Source: an uncultured Verrucomicrobiae bacterium
Lineage (GTDB): Bacteria; Verrucomicrobiota; Verrucomicrobiia; Chthoniobacterales; JAFAMB01
Reading direction: 5' to 3'
Assembly (NCBI GenBank): GCA_963846195.1
Contig: CAWJVG010000001.1
Span: 38,654-102,653, forward strand
DNA length: 64,000 bases
Shown in pieces: positions 29,695 to 38,160 of this stretch. Position numbers and translations under genes: made by a program. Numbering within the stretch: position 1 is the stretch's first letter; each line of letters starts with the position of its first letter. The notes under the pieces were generated by a model. It saw only the letters and a program-made list of their open reading frames with translations, was not told the origin of the DNA and did no database searches.

Positions 29695-30615
29695 ATGATC
29701 CGTTTCATCGCCCAAAGAACGGTCGGTTTGGTGGTTATCCTTTTCTGTGTCGTCACGACCACGTTCTTTCTGGTGCGTCTGATGCCCGGCGGCCCTTTCG
29801 ACCGGGAACGAAAGTTGCCCGAACACATCGAAAAACAGCTTCTCGCAAAATACAAGCTGGATGGTCCGCTCCTGGAGCAATATTTCAACTATTTGGGCGA
29901 CCTTTTGCACGGTGATTTACGCCTTTCGACAAAATACCGGAGCCGGTCCGTCAACGAAATCCTGGCTGATAGCTTGCCAGTCTCCGGATTGCTCGGCGGG
30001 ATCGCCTTCAGTATAGCCACGGTGGGAGGCATCTTGATTGGGTCGCTGGCTGCGGCGAAGCAGCAAACCTGGATCGATCGAACTGCGATGCTCGCGGCTT
30101 TGTTCGCAGTTTCGTTGCCCTCATTTGTGATTGGTCCGCTGCTTGTCCTTGTCTTCGCTATTGATTGGCCGGTGCTCCCCGTGGGCGGTTGGGGGAATTT
30201 CCAGAGTCTCATCCTTCCTTCCATTACGCTTGCCGCCCCTTATACCGCCTACATTGCGCGTCTCACCCGCTCGAGTATGCTCGAGGTCTTGACCCAGGAT
30301 TATATTCGGACTGCGCGCGCCAAGGGACTCAGCGATGCCGCGGTCATTTATAAACACGCTTTACGCGTAGCCATTCTGCCTGTCGTATCATTTCTCGGGC
30401 CGCTGGCAGCCAATTTGCTGACCGGCTCAATCGTGGTAGAAAGCATCTTCAGCATCCCTGGAACCGGCGGTTTTTTTGTGAATTCCGTGCTGAACCGAGA
30501 CGGGTTCCTGCTCGCAGGCGTCGTCATCGTCTACTGCTCCCTGCTGGTCCTATTTAACCTGCTGGTCGATCTCCTGTACGGCTTACTGGATCACCGCATT
30601 TCGCTCTATGACTGA
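29695..30615 (+). CDS. oppB: Oligopeptide ABC permease OppB
   Basis: PGGPF, DYIRTARAKGL, KHALR. Confidence 0.9.
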   Translation: MIRFIAQRTVGLVVILFCVVTTTFFLVRLMPGGPFDRERKLPEHIEKQLLAKYKLDGPLLEQYFNYLGDLLHGDLRLSTKYRSRSVNEILADSLPVSGLLGGIAFSIATVGGILIGSLAAAKQQTWIDRTAMLAALFAVSLPSFVIGPLLVLVFAIDWPVLPVGGWGNFQSLILPSITLAAPYTAYIARLTRSSMLEVLTQDYIRTARAKGLSDAAVIYKHALRVAILPVVSFLGPLAANLLTGSIVVESIFSIPGTGGFFVNSVLNRDGFLLAGVVIVYCSLLVLFNLLVDLLYGLLDHRISLYD

Positions 30616-31507
30616 GCCACGCTCCGCATGGGTCAAGCTTCGGCGCAATCCTGCTGTTGTCATTTCTGCGGGCATCCTCGTTCTCGCTGCTCTTGCAGCC
30701 ATTTTCGGACCAAGCCTCCTGCCTGCAAGCGCCGGAGAGGTCACCCGCAATAGCTTTCTACCTCCTTCCCAACAGCATTTCTTTGGGACCGATCTCAATG
30801 GACGCGACCTTCTGTACCGGGTTTTGCTCGGGGCCCGGATTTCGTTGCTGGTCGGCGTGACCGGAGCACTGGTCAGTTTTGCGGTCGGGATCGTCTACGG
30901 GATGGTCGCGGGATATGTTGGTGGTCAAGCCGACTCGATCATGATGCGGTTAGTGGACACGCTGTACGCGATTCCCCGCCTGATTTTTTTGCTCGTTCTG
31001 ATCAGTGCGCTCGACCCACTGCTTCGCCAGGCGATGGTAACCCACGGGCTACAAGGATTGATCGGGTATTCGAAAATCCTTATCCTCATTCTCTGCCTCG
31101 GCTTGACCGAGTGGCTGACAATGGCCCGCATCATCCGGGGCCAGATCCTCAGCCTAAAATCGCAGCAATTTGTGTTGGCCGCCCGAAGCATCGGCCAAAG
31201 TCATCTCAACATCATCTTTCAGCATCTCTTGCCGAATCTAGTCGGTCTCGCCCTGGTCTACCTGACTCTCACGGTCCCGGCCGTCATTCTGGATGAATCG
31301 TTTCTCAGCTTCCTGGGTGTCGGCGTCCAGGCGCCTCTTGCGAGCTGGGGACTATTGCTTAGCGATGCGGCGCAGGTCATCAATCCAATTAAAGGGTATT
31401 GGTGGCTTCTAGTTTTCCCTGTGATCGCCATGTCGCTTACGCTGCTGGCCCTGAATTTTTTAGGGGATGGTCTGCGCGATGCACTGGATCCCAGGCAACG
31501 GAAATAG
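30608..31507 (+). CDS. oppC: Oligopeptide ABC permease OppC
   Basis: GTDLNGRDL, ARIIRGQ, HLLPN, NFLGDGLRDALDP. Confidence 0.9.
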   Translation: MTEPRSAWVKLRRNPAVVISAGILVLAALAAIFGPSLLPASAGEVTRNSFLPPSQQHFFGTDLNGRDLLYRVLLGARISLLVGVTGALVSFAVGIVYGMVAGYVGGQADSIMMRLVDTLYAIPRLIFLLVLISALDPLLRQAMVTHGLQGLIGYSKILILILCLGLTEWLTMARIIRGQILSLKSQQFVLAARSIGQSHLNIIFQHLLPNLVGLALVYLTLTVPAVILDESFLSFLGVGVQAPLASWGLLLSDAAQVINPIKGYWWLLVFPVIAMSLTLLALNFLGDGLRDALDPRQRK

Positions 31508-31512
31508 AATCA

Positions 31513-31770
31513 AATTCAGAAGTCAGGAGTCAGGAGTTGCAGGAGTTCAGGAGTCGCAGCATGGACGTCTCAATCGCAGGAGGGCGCATAGATCATGCGT
31601 ACGCAAATATTTCGGGGTGCCGTATTTCGCATTCCGAAAGAATTCTGCTGCTTCCGAGTGCCTTCAACACTGCGACGCGCTCACTATCCATTCGAACCTA
31701 CCACAGGCTTTTTCTCCTGAACTCCTGTAACTCCTGACTCCTGATTTCTGATTTCTGACTCCTGAATTCC
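31513..31770. repeat. CAGGAGT-family palindromic element D upstream of panC
   Basis: Same arms as elements A-C around a ~155-bp core that does not match the B/C core. Confidence 0.82.
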
Positions 31771-31789
31771 GATTCCTGCCTCCTGCCTT

Positions 31790-32633
31790 ATGCAAATAGT
31801 AAAATCTCTTTCCCGGATGCAGCAACTTACCCGCACTTTACCGAGGCCGGTCGTTCTCGTTCCGACAATGGGTGCCCTTCACGAAGGACACCTGGCCCTT
31901 GTCGATCATGCAAAAAAGCTGGCCGGTCACCAAGGATTCACCGTTGCCACGATCTTCGTGAATCCGACCCAATTCGGACCGCGAGAAGACTACCGGAAAT
32001 ATCCTCGCCCCTTTCACCGCGATTGCCTCGTCCTCCAGAAGAAGCGATGCGATGTCGTATTTGCACCGACGCCTGCGGATATGTATAAAGCGGACGCATC
32101 CGTCGCGGTGACTGAATCACAGTTGGCGGCGGTGATGTGCGGGCATCTCTCGACCAGGCCATTTCGCCGGGGTCTGCACCGTCGTCACGAAATTGTTTCA
32201 CCTCATCCAGCCCGATATTGCAGTCTTCGGTGAGAAGGACTTTCAACAGCTTGCGATTTTGCGCCGAATGGTGCGGGATTTGAATTTTCCGGTCCGTCTG
32301 GTTGGGCATCCGATCGTCCGCGAACCGGACGGTCTGGCGCTGAGTTCCAGAAACGTCTATCTCAGCGCCGAAGAAAGGAAGCAAGCGCCCCTGATTCAGC
32401 AAGCCCTCCGCGAGGCCGAGGAAAAACTGCGAAAGCACGCGGCCTCGCGCAGGTCCTTGGAAAACGTGATACGACGTCGCATTGAGCGAGGATCCTTGGC
32501 CAAAGTCGACTATGTCGCTATCGTCGACCCTGAAACACTTCAACCGAAAGAGCCCAAAGAGTTGCCCGTCCTTCTCGCAGCGGCTGTGTTTTTTAGCGGG
32601 ACCCGCCTGATTGATAATATTTTGGTCAAATAA
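31790..32633 (+). pseudogene. panC: Pantoate--beta-alanine ligase with a single +1 frameshift (pseudogene or sequencing error)
   Basis: PTMGALHEGH and FVNPTQF are in one frame; RPGHF, FGEKDFQQ, DGLALSSRN and RLIDN are in another. Deleting one G at 32141-32143 restores CGISRPGHF. Confidence 0.85.
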
Positions 32634-32671
32634 GATTCCGCGGCTAACATGGAGGGCGAGACTCGGTTCTG

Positions 32672-32738
32672 GTAAGGCGAGGCTCCGCCCGAGCCGGGGA
32701 TATCGCGCAACCCCGGCTCGGACGGAGCCTCGCCCTAC
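32672..32738. repeat. Stand-alone REP doublet of the RAYT family
   Basis: GTAAGGCGAGGCTCCGCCCGAGCCGGGG...CCCCGGCTCGGACGGAGCCTCGCCCTAC; the right arm is identical to 2493-2520. Confidence 0.9.
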
Positions 32739-32769
32739 CGGAACTCCCTGTCATGTAAACGGTGGTTCT

Positions 32770-34593
32770 ATGGATTTCTTAGAAGAATTAAACTCTTCCG
32801 TACTTTGTGGCGATGGAGCTATGGGGACAGAGTTGATGTCATCCGGAGTGCCAGTCGATGTCTGTTTCGAAGAGCTGAACATTTCGGCTCCCGATCTAGT
32901 CTCCAGGATCCATGACTCGTATGTGCAGGCGGGCGCTCGTCTCATCGAAACGAACACATTTGGCGCCAACGCTGCAAGGCTCTCGAAGCATGGAATCCAG
33001 GATCGCGTTCAGGAGTTGAATCAGGCAGCGATCTGTCTCGCCCGAAAATCGATCGGCCAGCGCAACGTTTACCTGGCCGCCAGCATCGGACCGCTGGGCA
33101 TAGCAGACCCTCAAGCAGAACTACGCGACATCGATCGCGCGGACCTTTTCAAAGAGCAAGCCGAGGCAATCCTGGATGCGTCGGTGGATGTTCTTCTCCT
33201 CGAGACCTTCGTCGATTTCAACGAAATCCAGATCGCTCTCAAGGCGGTGCGAAAACTCGATGCAGAAATTCCGATCATCTGTTCGATGGTTTGCTCTGAG
33301 GAGGGTCGCCTCCCCTCCAGCCTGCCAATCGTCCAGGCATTTCGGGAATTGATCCGACTGGGTGCGAATGTCGTCGGAGTCAATTGTGTGACAGGTCCCC
33401 ACGCCATGCTGCAAATCTTGCGGCGAATCCCGATCGAGTTTCCAATCAGCGCTTTTCCCAATGCCGGCTACCCTCGGTATCAAGACGGGCGCTTTCTTTA
33501 CAATGCGGCGCCGGAGTATTTCGCCGACGCGGTAAAAGAATTTGTCGCTCAAGGCGCTCGCCTGATCGGAGGGTGCTGCGGAGTCGGCCCCGAGCACATT
33601 CGGGCGATGGCAAAGGCAATCGTCGGGTTGAAACCAGTTCGATCGAAACCTGCGGTGCAATGGGTTGCGACGCCAGAATTGGAAAAAGCAAAAAGGCCGG
33701 TCGAAACCAGTCTCCTTGATTTGATGGATAAGGGGCAAACCGTGGTGGTGACAGAGCTGGACCCACCGAAGACGCTGGCGCTTGACAAATACTTCGCAGC
33801 GGCCCGCGCCTTGATCGATGCAGGAAGTGACGCGATCACGTTGGCGGACAATTCGCTTGCCATCCTTCGAGTCAGCAACCTGGCGATCGGGGCGATTTTG
33901 AAGCAGCAATACAACATAATGCCGCTTCTCCATATCAGTTGTCGTGACAAAAATCTGATCGGTCTCCAAAGCGAACTCATGGGCATCGCTGCCCTCGGTA
34001 TCAGACACATCTTGCCTTTGACCGGGGACCCTGCGAAATTCGGCGACCAGCCCGGAGCTTCCTCCGTGTACGACGTGAACTCCGTTCAACTCATGGAGAT
34101 CATTTCAGGATTGAACAAGGGCTACAATTTTGCAGGCAAAACCATCAAATACGCCACCGACTTCGTCATGGGTTGTACCTTCAACCCCAACGCAAAGAAT
34201 CTCGATGCACAGGTCGCCCGCCTTGAACGCAAAATAGCGGCGGGCGCGCAGTATGTGATGACTCAGCCAGTATTCGATCACGCACTCGTCCTACAGATGC
34301 ACGACCGAACCAAACATTTGGGAGTTCCGATTCTCACCGGAGTTTGGCCGTTGTTAAATGCGCGGCAAACTGAATTCTTACATCACGAAGTCCCGGGAAT
34401 TCTCATTCCGGACCAGATTCGTTCCCGCATGGCCGGGACGGAAGGACTGGAAGGGCGGCGCCGAGGCATCGAAATCGCCAAAGAGGTGGTGCGTGCCGCT
34501 CTGGACTATTTCCCGGGGATCTATCTCATTACACCTTTTCTTGCCTATGACACCACCGCTGAACTCGCACAGTTCGCCCGCAACTTACCATAG
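32770..34593 (+). CDS. Bifunctional homocysteine S-methyltransferase/MTHFR (YitJ-like)
   Basis: DGAMGT, ETNTFGAN, GVNC, GGCCG; then ELDPPK, LTGDP, MTQPVFD, HEVPGI. Confidence 0.92.
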   Translation: MDFLEELNSSVLCGDGAMGTELMSSGVPVDVCFEELNISAPDLVSRIHDSYVQAGARLIETNTFGANAARLSKHGIQDRVQELNQAAICLARKSIGQRNVYLAASIGPLGIADPQAELRDIDRADLFKEQAEAILDASVDVLLLETFVDFNEIQIALKAVRKLDAEIPIICSMVCSEEGRLPSSLPIVQAFRELIRLGANVVGVNCVTGPHAMLQILRRIPIEFPISAFPNAGYPRYQDGRFLYNAAPEYFADAVKEFVAQGARLIGGCCGVGPEHIRAMAKAIVGLKPVRSKPAVQWVATPELEKAKRPVETSLLDLMDKGQTVVVTELDPPKTLALDKYFAAARALIDAGSDAITLADNSLAILRVSNLAIGAILKQQYNIMPLLHISCRDKNLIGLQSELMGIAALGIRHILPLTGDPAKFGDQPGASSVYDVNSVQLMEIISGLNKGYNFAGKTIKYATDFVMGCTFNPNAKNLDAQVARLERKIAAGAQYVMTQPVFDHALVLQMHDRTKHLGVPILTGVWPLLNARQTEFLHHEVPGILIPDQIRSRMAGTEGLEGRRRGIEIAKEVVRAALDYFPGIYLITPFLAYDTTAELAQFARNLP

Positions 34594-35305
34594 AGTTCCG
34601 TGGTCCTTGATTATTCAAGGAGGCGGCTTGGTCCTGACTCTGATTGGACTTTTCATCGCGTCCACGAATTATCCGATCGTCGACTGGATCGGAAATGTGC
34701 GCGAGTCTATCCAACATCTCGGTGTCTGGAGCGGTCTCGTTTACCCGTTCACCTACGCGCTTTGTAACTTGTTGTTGTTACCGGGCGGCGTTCTCAGTAT
34801 GGGTGGCGGCTTCTTTTTTGGTCTGTGGTGGGGCTTCTTCCTTGTCCTGGCAGGCAATCTCCTCGGGGCAGCGTTGGCCTTCCTGATTGCCAGAAAAATC
34901 GGCCGCCAACGAATTGAGCGACTCCTTCCCAATAACCGCAGACTTCGAATTCTGGATGGTGCGATCGAACGGCACGGCTGGAAGATCGTGGTGTTGTCGC
35001 AACTAAACCCGTTGGCGCCATCGAGCCTTTTGAACTATCTCTACGGCCTGACCAGAGTGCGTCTCAGCCGTTGCCTGCTGTGGGTCGCGCTCGGCCAGAG
35101 CCCTGGTTTGTTTCTTTATGCGTTTATCGGTACGCTCGGCCAATTCGGCGTGGATATGGCGCGCGGAACTCGCAGAACGGACCTGCATGATTATCTGCTC
35201 TGGGGCACAGGGTTCATCGTAACGATCGTCACCACCTACTTCCTCGGCCGGCTCGCGCGCCGGATTCTGGGCGAAGCAGAATCGGAGATGAGCGACCAAT
35301 CTTGA
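34547..35305 (+). CDS. TVP38/TMEM64 (DedA/VTT) membrane protein
   Basis: LPGGVLSMGGGFFFG, GAALAFLIAR, LNPLAPSSLLNYLYGLT. Confidence 0.85.
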   Translation: MTPPLNSHSSPATYHRVPWSLIIQGGGLVLTLIGLFIASTNYPIVDWIGNVRESIQHLGVWSGLVYPFTYALCNLLLLPGGVLSMGGGFFFGLWWGFFLVLAGNLLGAALAFLIARKIGRQRIERLLPNNRRLRILDGAIERHGWKIVVLSQLNPLAPSSLLNYLYGLTRVRLSRCLLWVALGQSPGLFLYAFIGTLGQFGVDMARGTRRTDLHDYLLWGTGFIVTIVTTYFLGRLARRILGEAESEMSDQS

Positions 35306-35354
35306 CTCACGCAAGTTCGGGACTACCTTTCCCCACTTCGGACGACCGATTGCA

Positions 35355-35705
35355 ATGTGTTCCTCATGTGATGCCCAAGCCCCGGACTTCGCGGTTTATC
35401 TCGATTACGGGATTGATTGTTGCTTTGGAAACCACGGCGATCTTACCATCAACGAAAGAGGCATCGTCCTCCGATCGCGCTGGCGCTTCCCGCTTGGTAC
35501 ACAATTGGCTCTGCGAATTTGCGCGCACGCCGTTCATCCAGACGATTTTCCGGTGTGCGAAGATCTTACAGGGATGGTTGTGAGCTGCGAACGGCTTGAG
35601 GAACGGTACCCGTGCTTCAAGGCGACAATCCTTTTCCTGGATGTCACTCCTCCTGCCCAGCAGGGTTTAGGCCGCGTCGCAGATCGTCTTGAAATAGCCG
35701 GCTAA
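35355..35705 (+). CDS. Hypothetical protein, PilZ-like pattern
   Basis: INERGIVLRSRWRFPLGTQLALRI...GMVVSCE...ILFLD resembles a PilZ barrel; no RxxxR motif. Confidence 0.55.
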   Translation: MCSSCDAQAPDFAVYLDYGIDCCFGNHGDLTINERGIVLRSRWRFPLGTQLALRICAHAVHPDDFPVCEDLTGMVVSCERLEERYPCFKATILFLDVTPPAQQGLGRVADRLEIAG

Positions 35706-35723
35706 GTCAACTGACCCGGTCGT

Positions 35724-36008
35724 TCACGCCTGCGTTTTCGTCGAACCGATCACGCCCGCGGCTGCTTTGGCGGCCCTGCTTTTTCGACGATTGGCAAGAT
35801 TCTTGTGAACGATGCCTCGCTTTGCCGCTTTATCCAGTCTGGACACCAGAAGATCGAATTCCCCCTGTGCCTTTGCACTGTCGCCGGAAGCAACCGCTGC
35901 AGTCAGTTTTTTATGCTGGCTCTTTAGTCCGGTCAGAACGCTCTTGTTGCGCAGAGTGCGTTGAGCTGCTTGTCTCGCCCGCTTAGCGGCAGATCGTATA
36001 TTCGCCAT
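35724..36008 (-). CDS. rpsT: 30S ribosomal protein S20
   Basis: MANIRSAAKRARQ, LDKAAKRGIVHKNLANRRKSR. Confidence 0.96.
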   Translation of the reverse strand: MANIRSAAKRARQAAQRTLRNKSVLTGLKSQHKKLTAAVASGDSAKAQGEFDLLVSRLDKAAKRGIVHKNLANRRKSRAAKAAAGVIGSTKTQA

Positions 36009-36111
36009 AGTGTCAGGTTTCTGGAAAAGGACCGAACCTATCACCTGATTGAGACGTGTCAACATTGGATCTGGCCAGGTTCCTTCCGACTTCCCTTTCG
36101 AAGCCTCGCCG

Positions 36112-36585
36112 CTAGCCTCCGTCGACTTGATCCGAATTTGAGGCCTTGTAAGAGGGACGGTTCAAGAGGGCGTTAAAGACCCGTTTCGGAAGGCTATTCC
36201 CATTCTCTTCCTGCTCGAGACCGGTCAGCGCGCTCCGCTTGGCCTCTTCCCACACTGCCGGAAACCCGGGCGAACTCGAGACCATAAACCGCTCGGCCCG
36301 CGCGTAGATTTCCAGTTCCCGCTGCAGCCGTTTGTCCGGATATTGATTCAAGTTCGCCACTTTGATGCGGAGATTTTCGTTCTGCTGTTTCAATTCCTGT
36401 AGATCCAGGCGCAATCGGTTCGTGGCCTCCGCCTCAAGCTCCAGTTTATCGGAAAGGTGCCGTTTCAACCGTTTGACTTCCCCTTTTGTGTCGAACAGAC
36501 GCATGACGGCAAATGCGATGCCGATCAAGCCCAGGACACCACCGATGCCGAGGCCCAAATAGAAATGGTGGTTCAAAAAGTCCAT
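36112..36585 (-). CDS. Hypothetical membrane-anchored coiled-coil protein
   Basis: N-terminal TM followed by a heptad-rich helix. Confidence 0.7.
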   Translation of the reverse strand: MDFLNHHFYLGLGIGGVLGLIGIAFAVMRLFDTKGEVKRLKRHLSDKLELEAEATNRLRLDLQELKQQNENLRIKVANLNQYPDKRLQRELEIYARAERFMVSSSPGFPAVWEEAKRSALTGLEQEENGNSLPKRVFNALLNRPSYKASNSDQVDGG

Positions 36586-36772
36586 ATCGTTGGAGACTGA
36601 ACAAGCTAACTCCTCCTGCGATTCGATCAAGGCCAACCACGAATTGTCTTTACTTGGGAGAACGACAACGAGAACGAGCGCGAAAACTTCCTCAGGCAGG
36701 ATGGACTCTCAATCAAGGTTTCGCTCCTCTTTTACAGCCAACTGACAACTGATCGACGCGGACACGGTCCAA

Positions 36773-36844
36773 TGCCAGGGGGGAGAGTTGAACTCCCGAC
36801 CAAGGGCTTATGAGTCCCCTGCTCTACCACTGAGCTACCCTGGC
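36773..36844 (-). tRNA. tRNA with CAT anticodon (probably Ile2; elongator Met not excluded)
   Basis: GCCAGGGTAGCTCAGTGGTAGAGCAGGGGACTCATAAGCCCTTGGTCGGGAGTTCAACTCTCCCCCCTGGCA folds as a cloverleaf. G1-C72 is paired, so it is not fMet. Confidence 0.9.
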
Positions 36845-36966
36845 GTTTGTCAGCTTCCGAAAGACAGCCAAATTAAGACACATCCCTCCGGATTCAAGCC
36901 AGATTCTTGATTGCCTATCGCAAGGCAAATCTGTCTGATACCCGGGTCCGCGGGACCATTTCGACG

Positions 36967-38160
36967 ATGAAAATTGCGATCGTTCACTACACTTCCTGGC
37001 CTGTTATTGGGGGGGTGGAAAGCGTGATCCGCCAACATGCGCAACTCATGTCTCAGCACGGCCATCAGGTCACGATTTTGTGCGGGCAAGGAAGCGCTTT
37101 CGATAAGGAAATTCAGACTCTGGTCCTCCGCGAACTCAATTCAGAGGACCCTTTAGTTCGAGCAGCCCAGGAAGAGGCCTATAACGGGCGTCCCGGGCAG
37201 GCCTATTTTCTTCTCTTGGAAACGCTGCAAAAACAACTCATTCCACTCTTCAGAAAATTCGACTGCTTCGTTGTCCATAACATGTTCACGATGCCATTCA
37301 ACCTGGCAGGAACCCAGGCGTTGAGCAGCCTCGCCGAAGAAGGCCGAAAGACAATCGCCTGGTGCCACGATCTTGCCGCTTCAAATCCAGACTACAAAGT
37401 TCCGCCTTATCGAGTGTTCGATCTGCTCCGAGAGCGCCAACCAGGAGTCAGGTATGTGACGATATCTGAAGCTCGGGCGGCAGAATTCAGGACCCTGACG
37501 CAATCCGAAGTAGATGCCGTTGTCCCGAACGGCATGGATCTCCCCGGCGTATGCACGCTCACTCCGGAAGTGGCGAACCTCGTCCGCGACGACCTCGCAA
37601 CTTCAATCATCCTGTTCTATCCGACCCGGATATTGGCACGAAAAAACATCGCATTTGCTCTTCAGATCGTCGGTGCGCTCCGTGACATTGGTCTCCAGAT
37701 GCGGTTGCTCATTTCGGGCGCTCCGGATTCACATAATCGGGCCAGCATGGAGCATTTTGCAGGTCTGAAACGATTAGCGGCCGATCTCCAGGTTCAGGGA
37801 TTCGTCCGTTGGGTCAACGAGCTCTTCTACGTGGACGAACGGCAGTTGCACAGCCTTTACATGGTCGCCGACGCCATGCTCTTCCCCTCGAGGCAGGAAG
37901 GTTTTGGCCTGCCGTTGCTGGAAGCCGCGGCGCATCGGCTTCCAGTGTTTTGTTCGGACATCGAACCATTGAAATCGATCGCACTTTCCGGCACACTATT
38001 GTTTGACCTGCGAGAAGCCCCCAGAAATGTTGCAGAAAGGATTCGCGACGCTTTTGCACAGGACGCGATTTTCAAGAGGAAAAAACAACTATTGCGCGAC
38101 TACTCCGCAGAACGGCTCTATCTGGATAGAATAGAACCAATCTTCCGGGAACTATTATGA
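36967..38160 (+). CDS. GT4-family glycosyltransferase
   Basis: GGVESVI, PTRILARKNI, PSRQEGFGLPLLEA. Confidence 0.9.
   Translation: MKIAIVHYTSWPVIGGVESVIRQHAQLMSQHGHQVTILCGQGSAFDKEIQTLVLRELNSEDPLVRAAQEEAYNGRPGQAYFLLLETLQKQLIPLFRKFDCFVVHNMFTMPFNLAGTQALSSLAEEGRKTIAWCHDLAASNPDYKVPPYRVFDLLRERQPGVRYVTISEARAAEFRTLTQSEVDAVVPNGMDLPGVCTLTPEVANLVRDDLATSIILFYPTRILARKNIAFALQIVGALRDIGLQMRLLISGAPDSHNRASMEHFAGLKRLAADLQVQGFVRWVNELFYVDERQLHSLYMVADAMLFPSRQEGFGLPLLEAAAHRLPVFCSDIEPLKSIALSGTLLFDLREAPRNVAERIRDAFAQDAIFKRKKQLLRDYSAERLYLDRIEPIFRELL

Noticed and set aside
32634-32769. SAM riboswitch or 53-aa N-terminal extension of YitJ
   Set aside because: The interval is a REP doublet, and homology starts at the ATG at 32770.
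33121-34089. Long antisense ORFs (also 6842-7534, 23314-24048, 62770-63438)
   Set aside because: These are shadow frames of well-conserved genes in GC-rich DNA.
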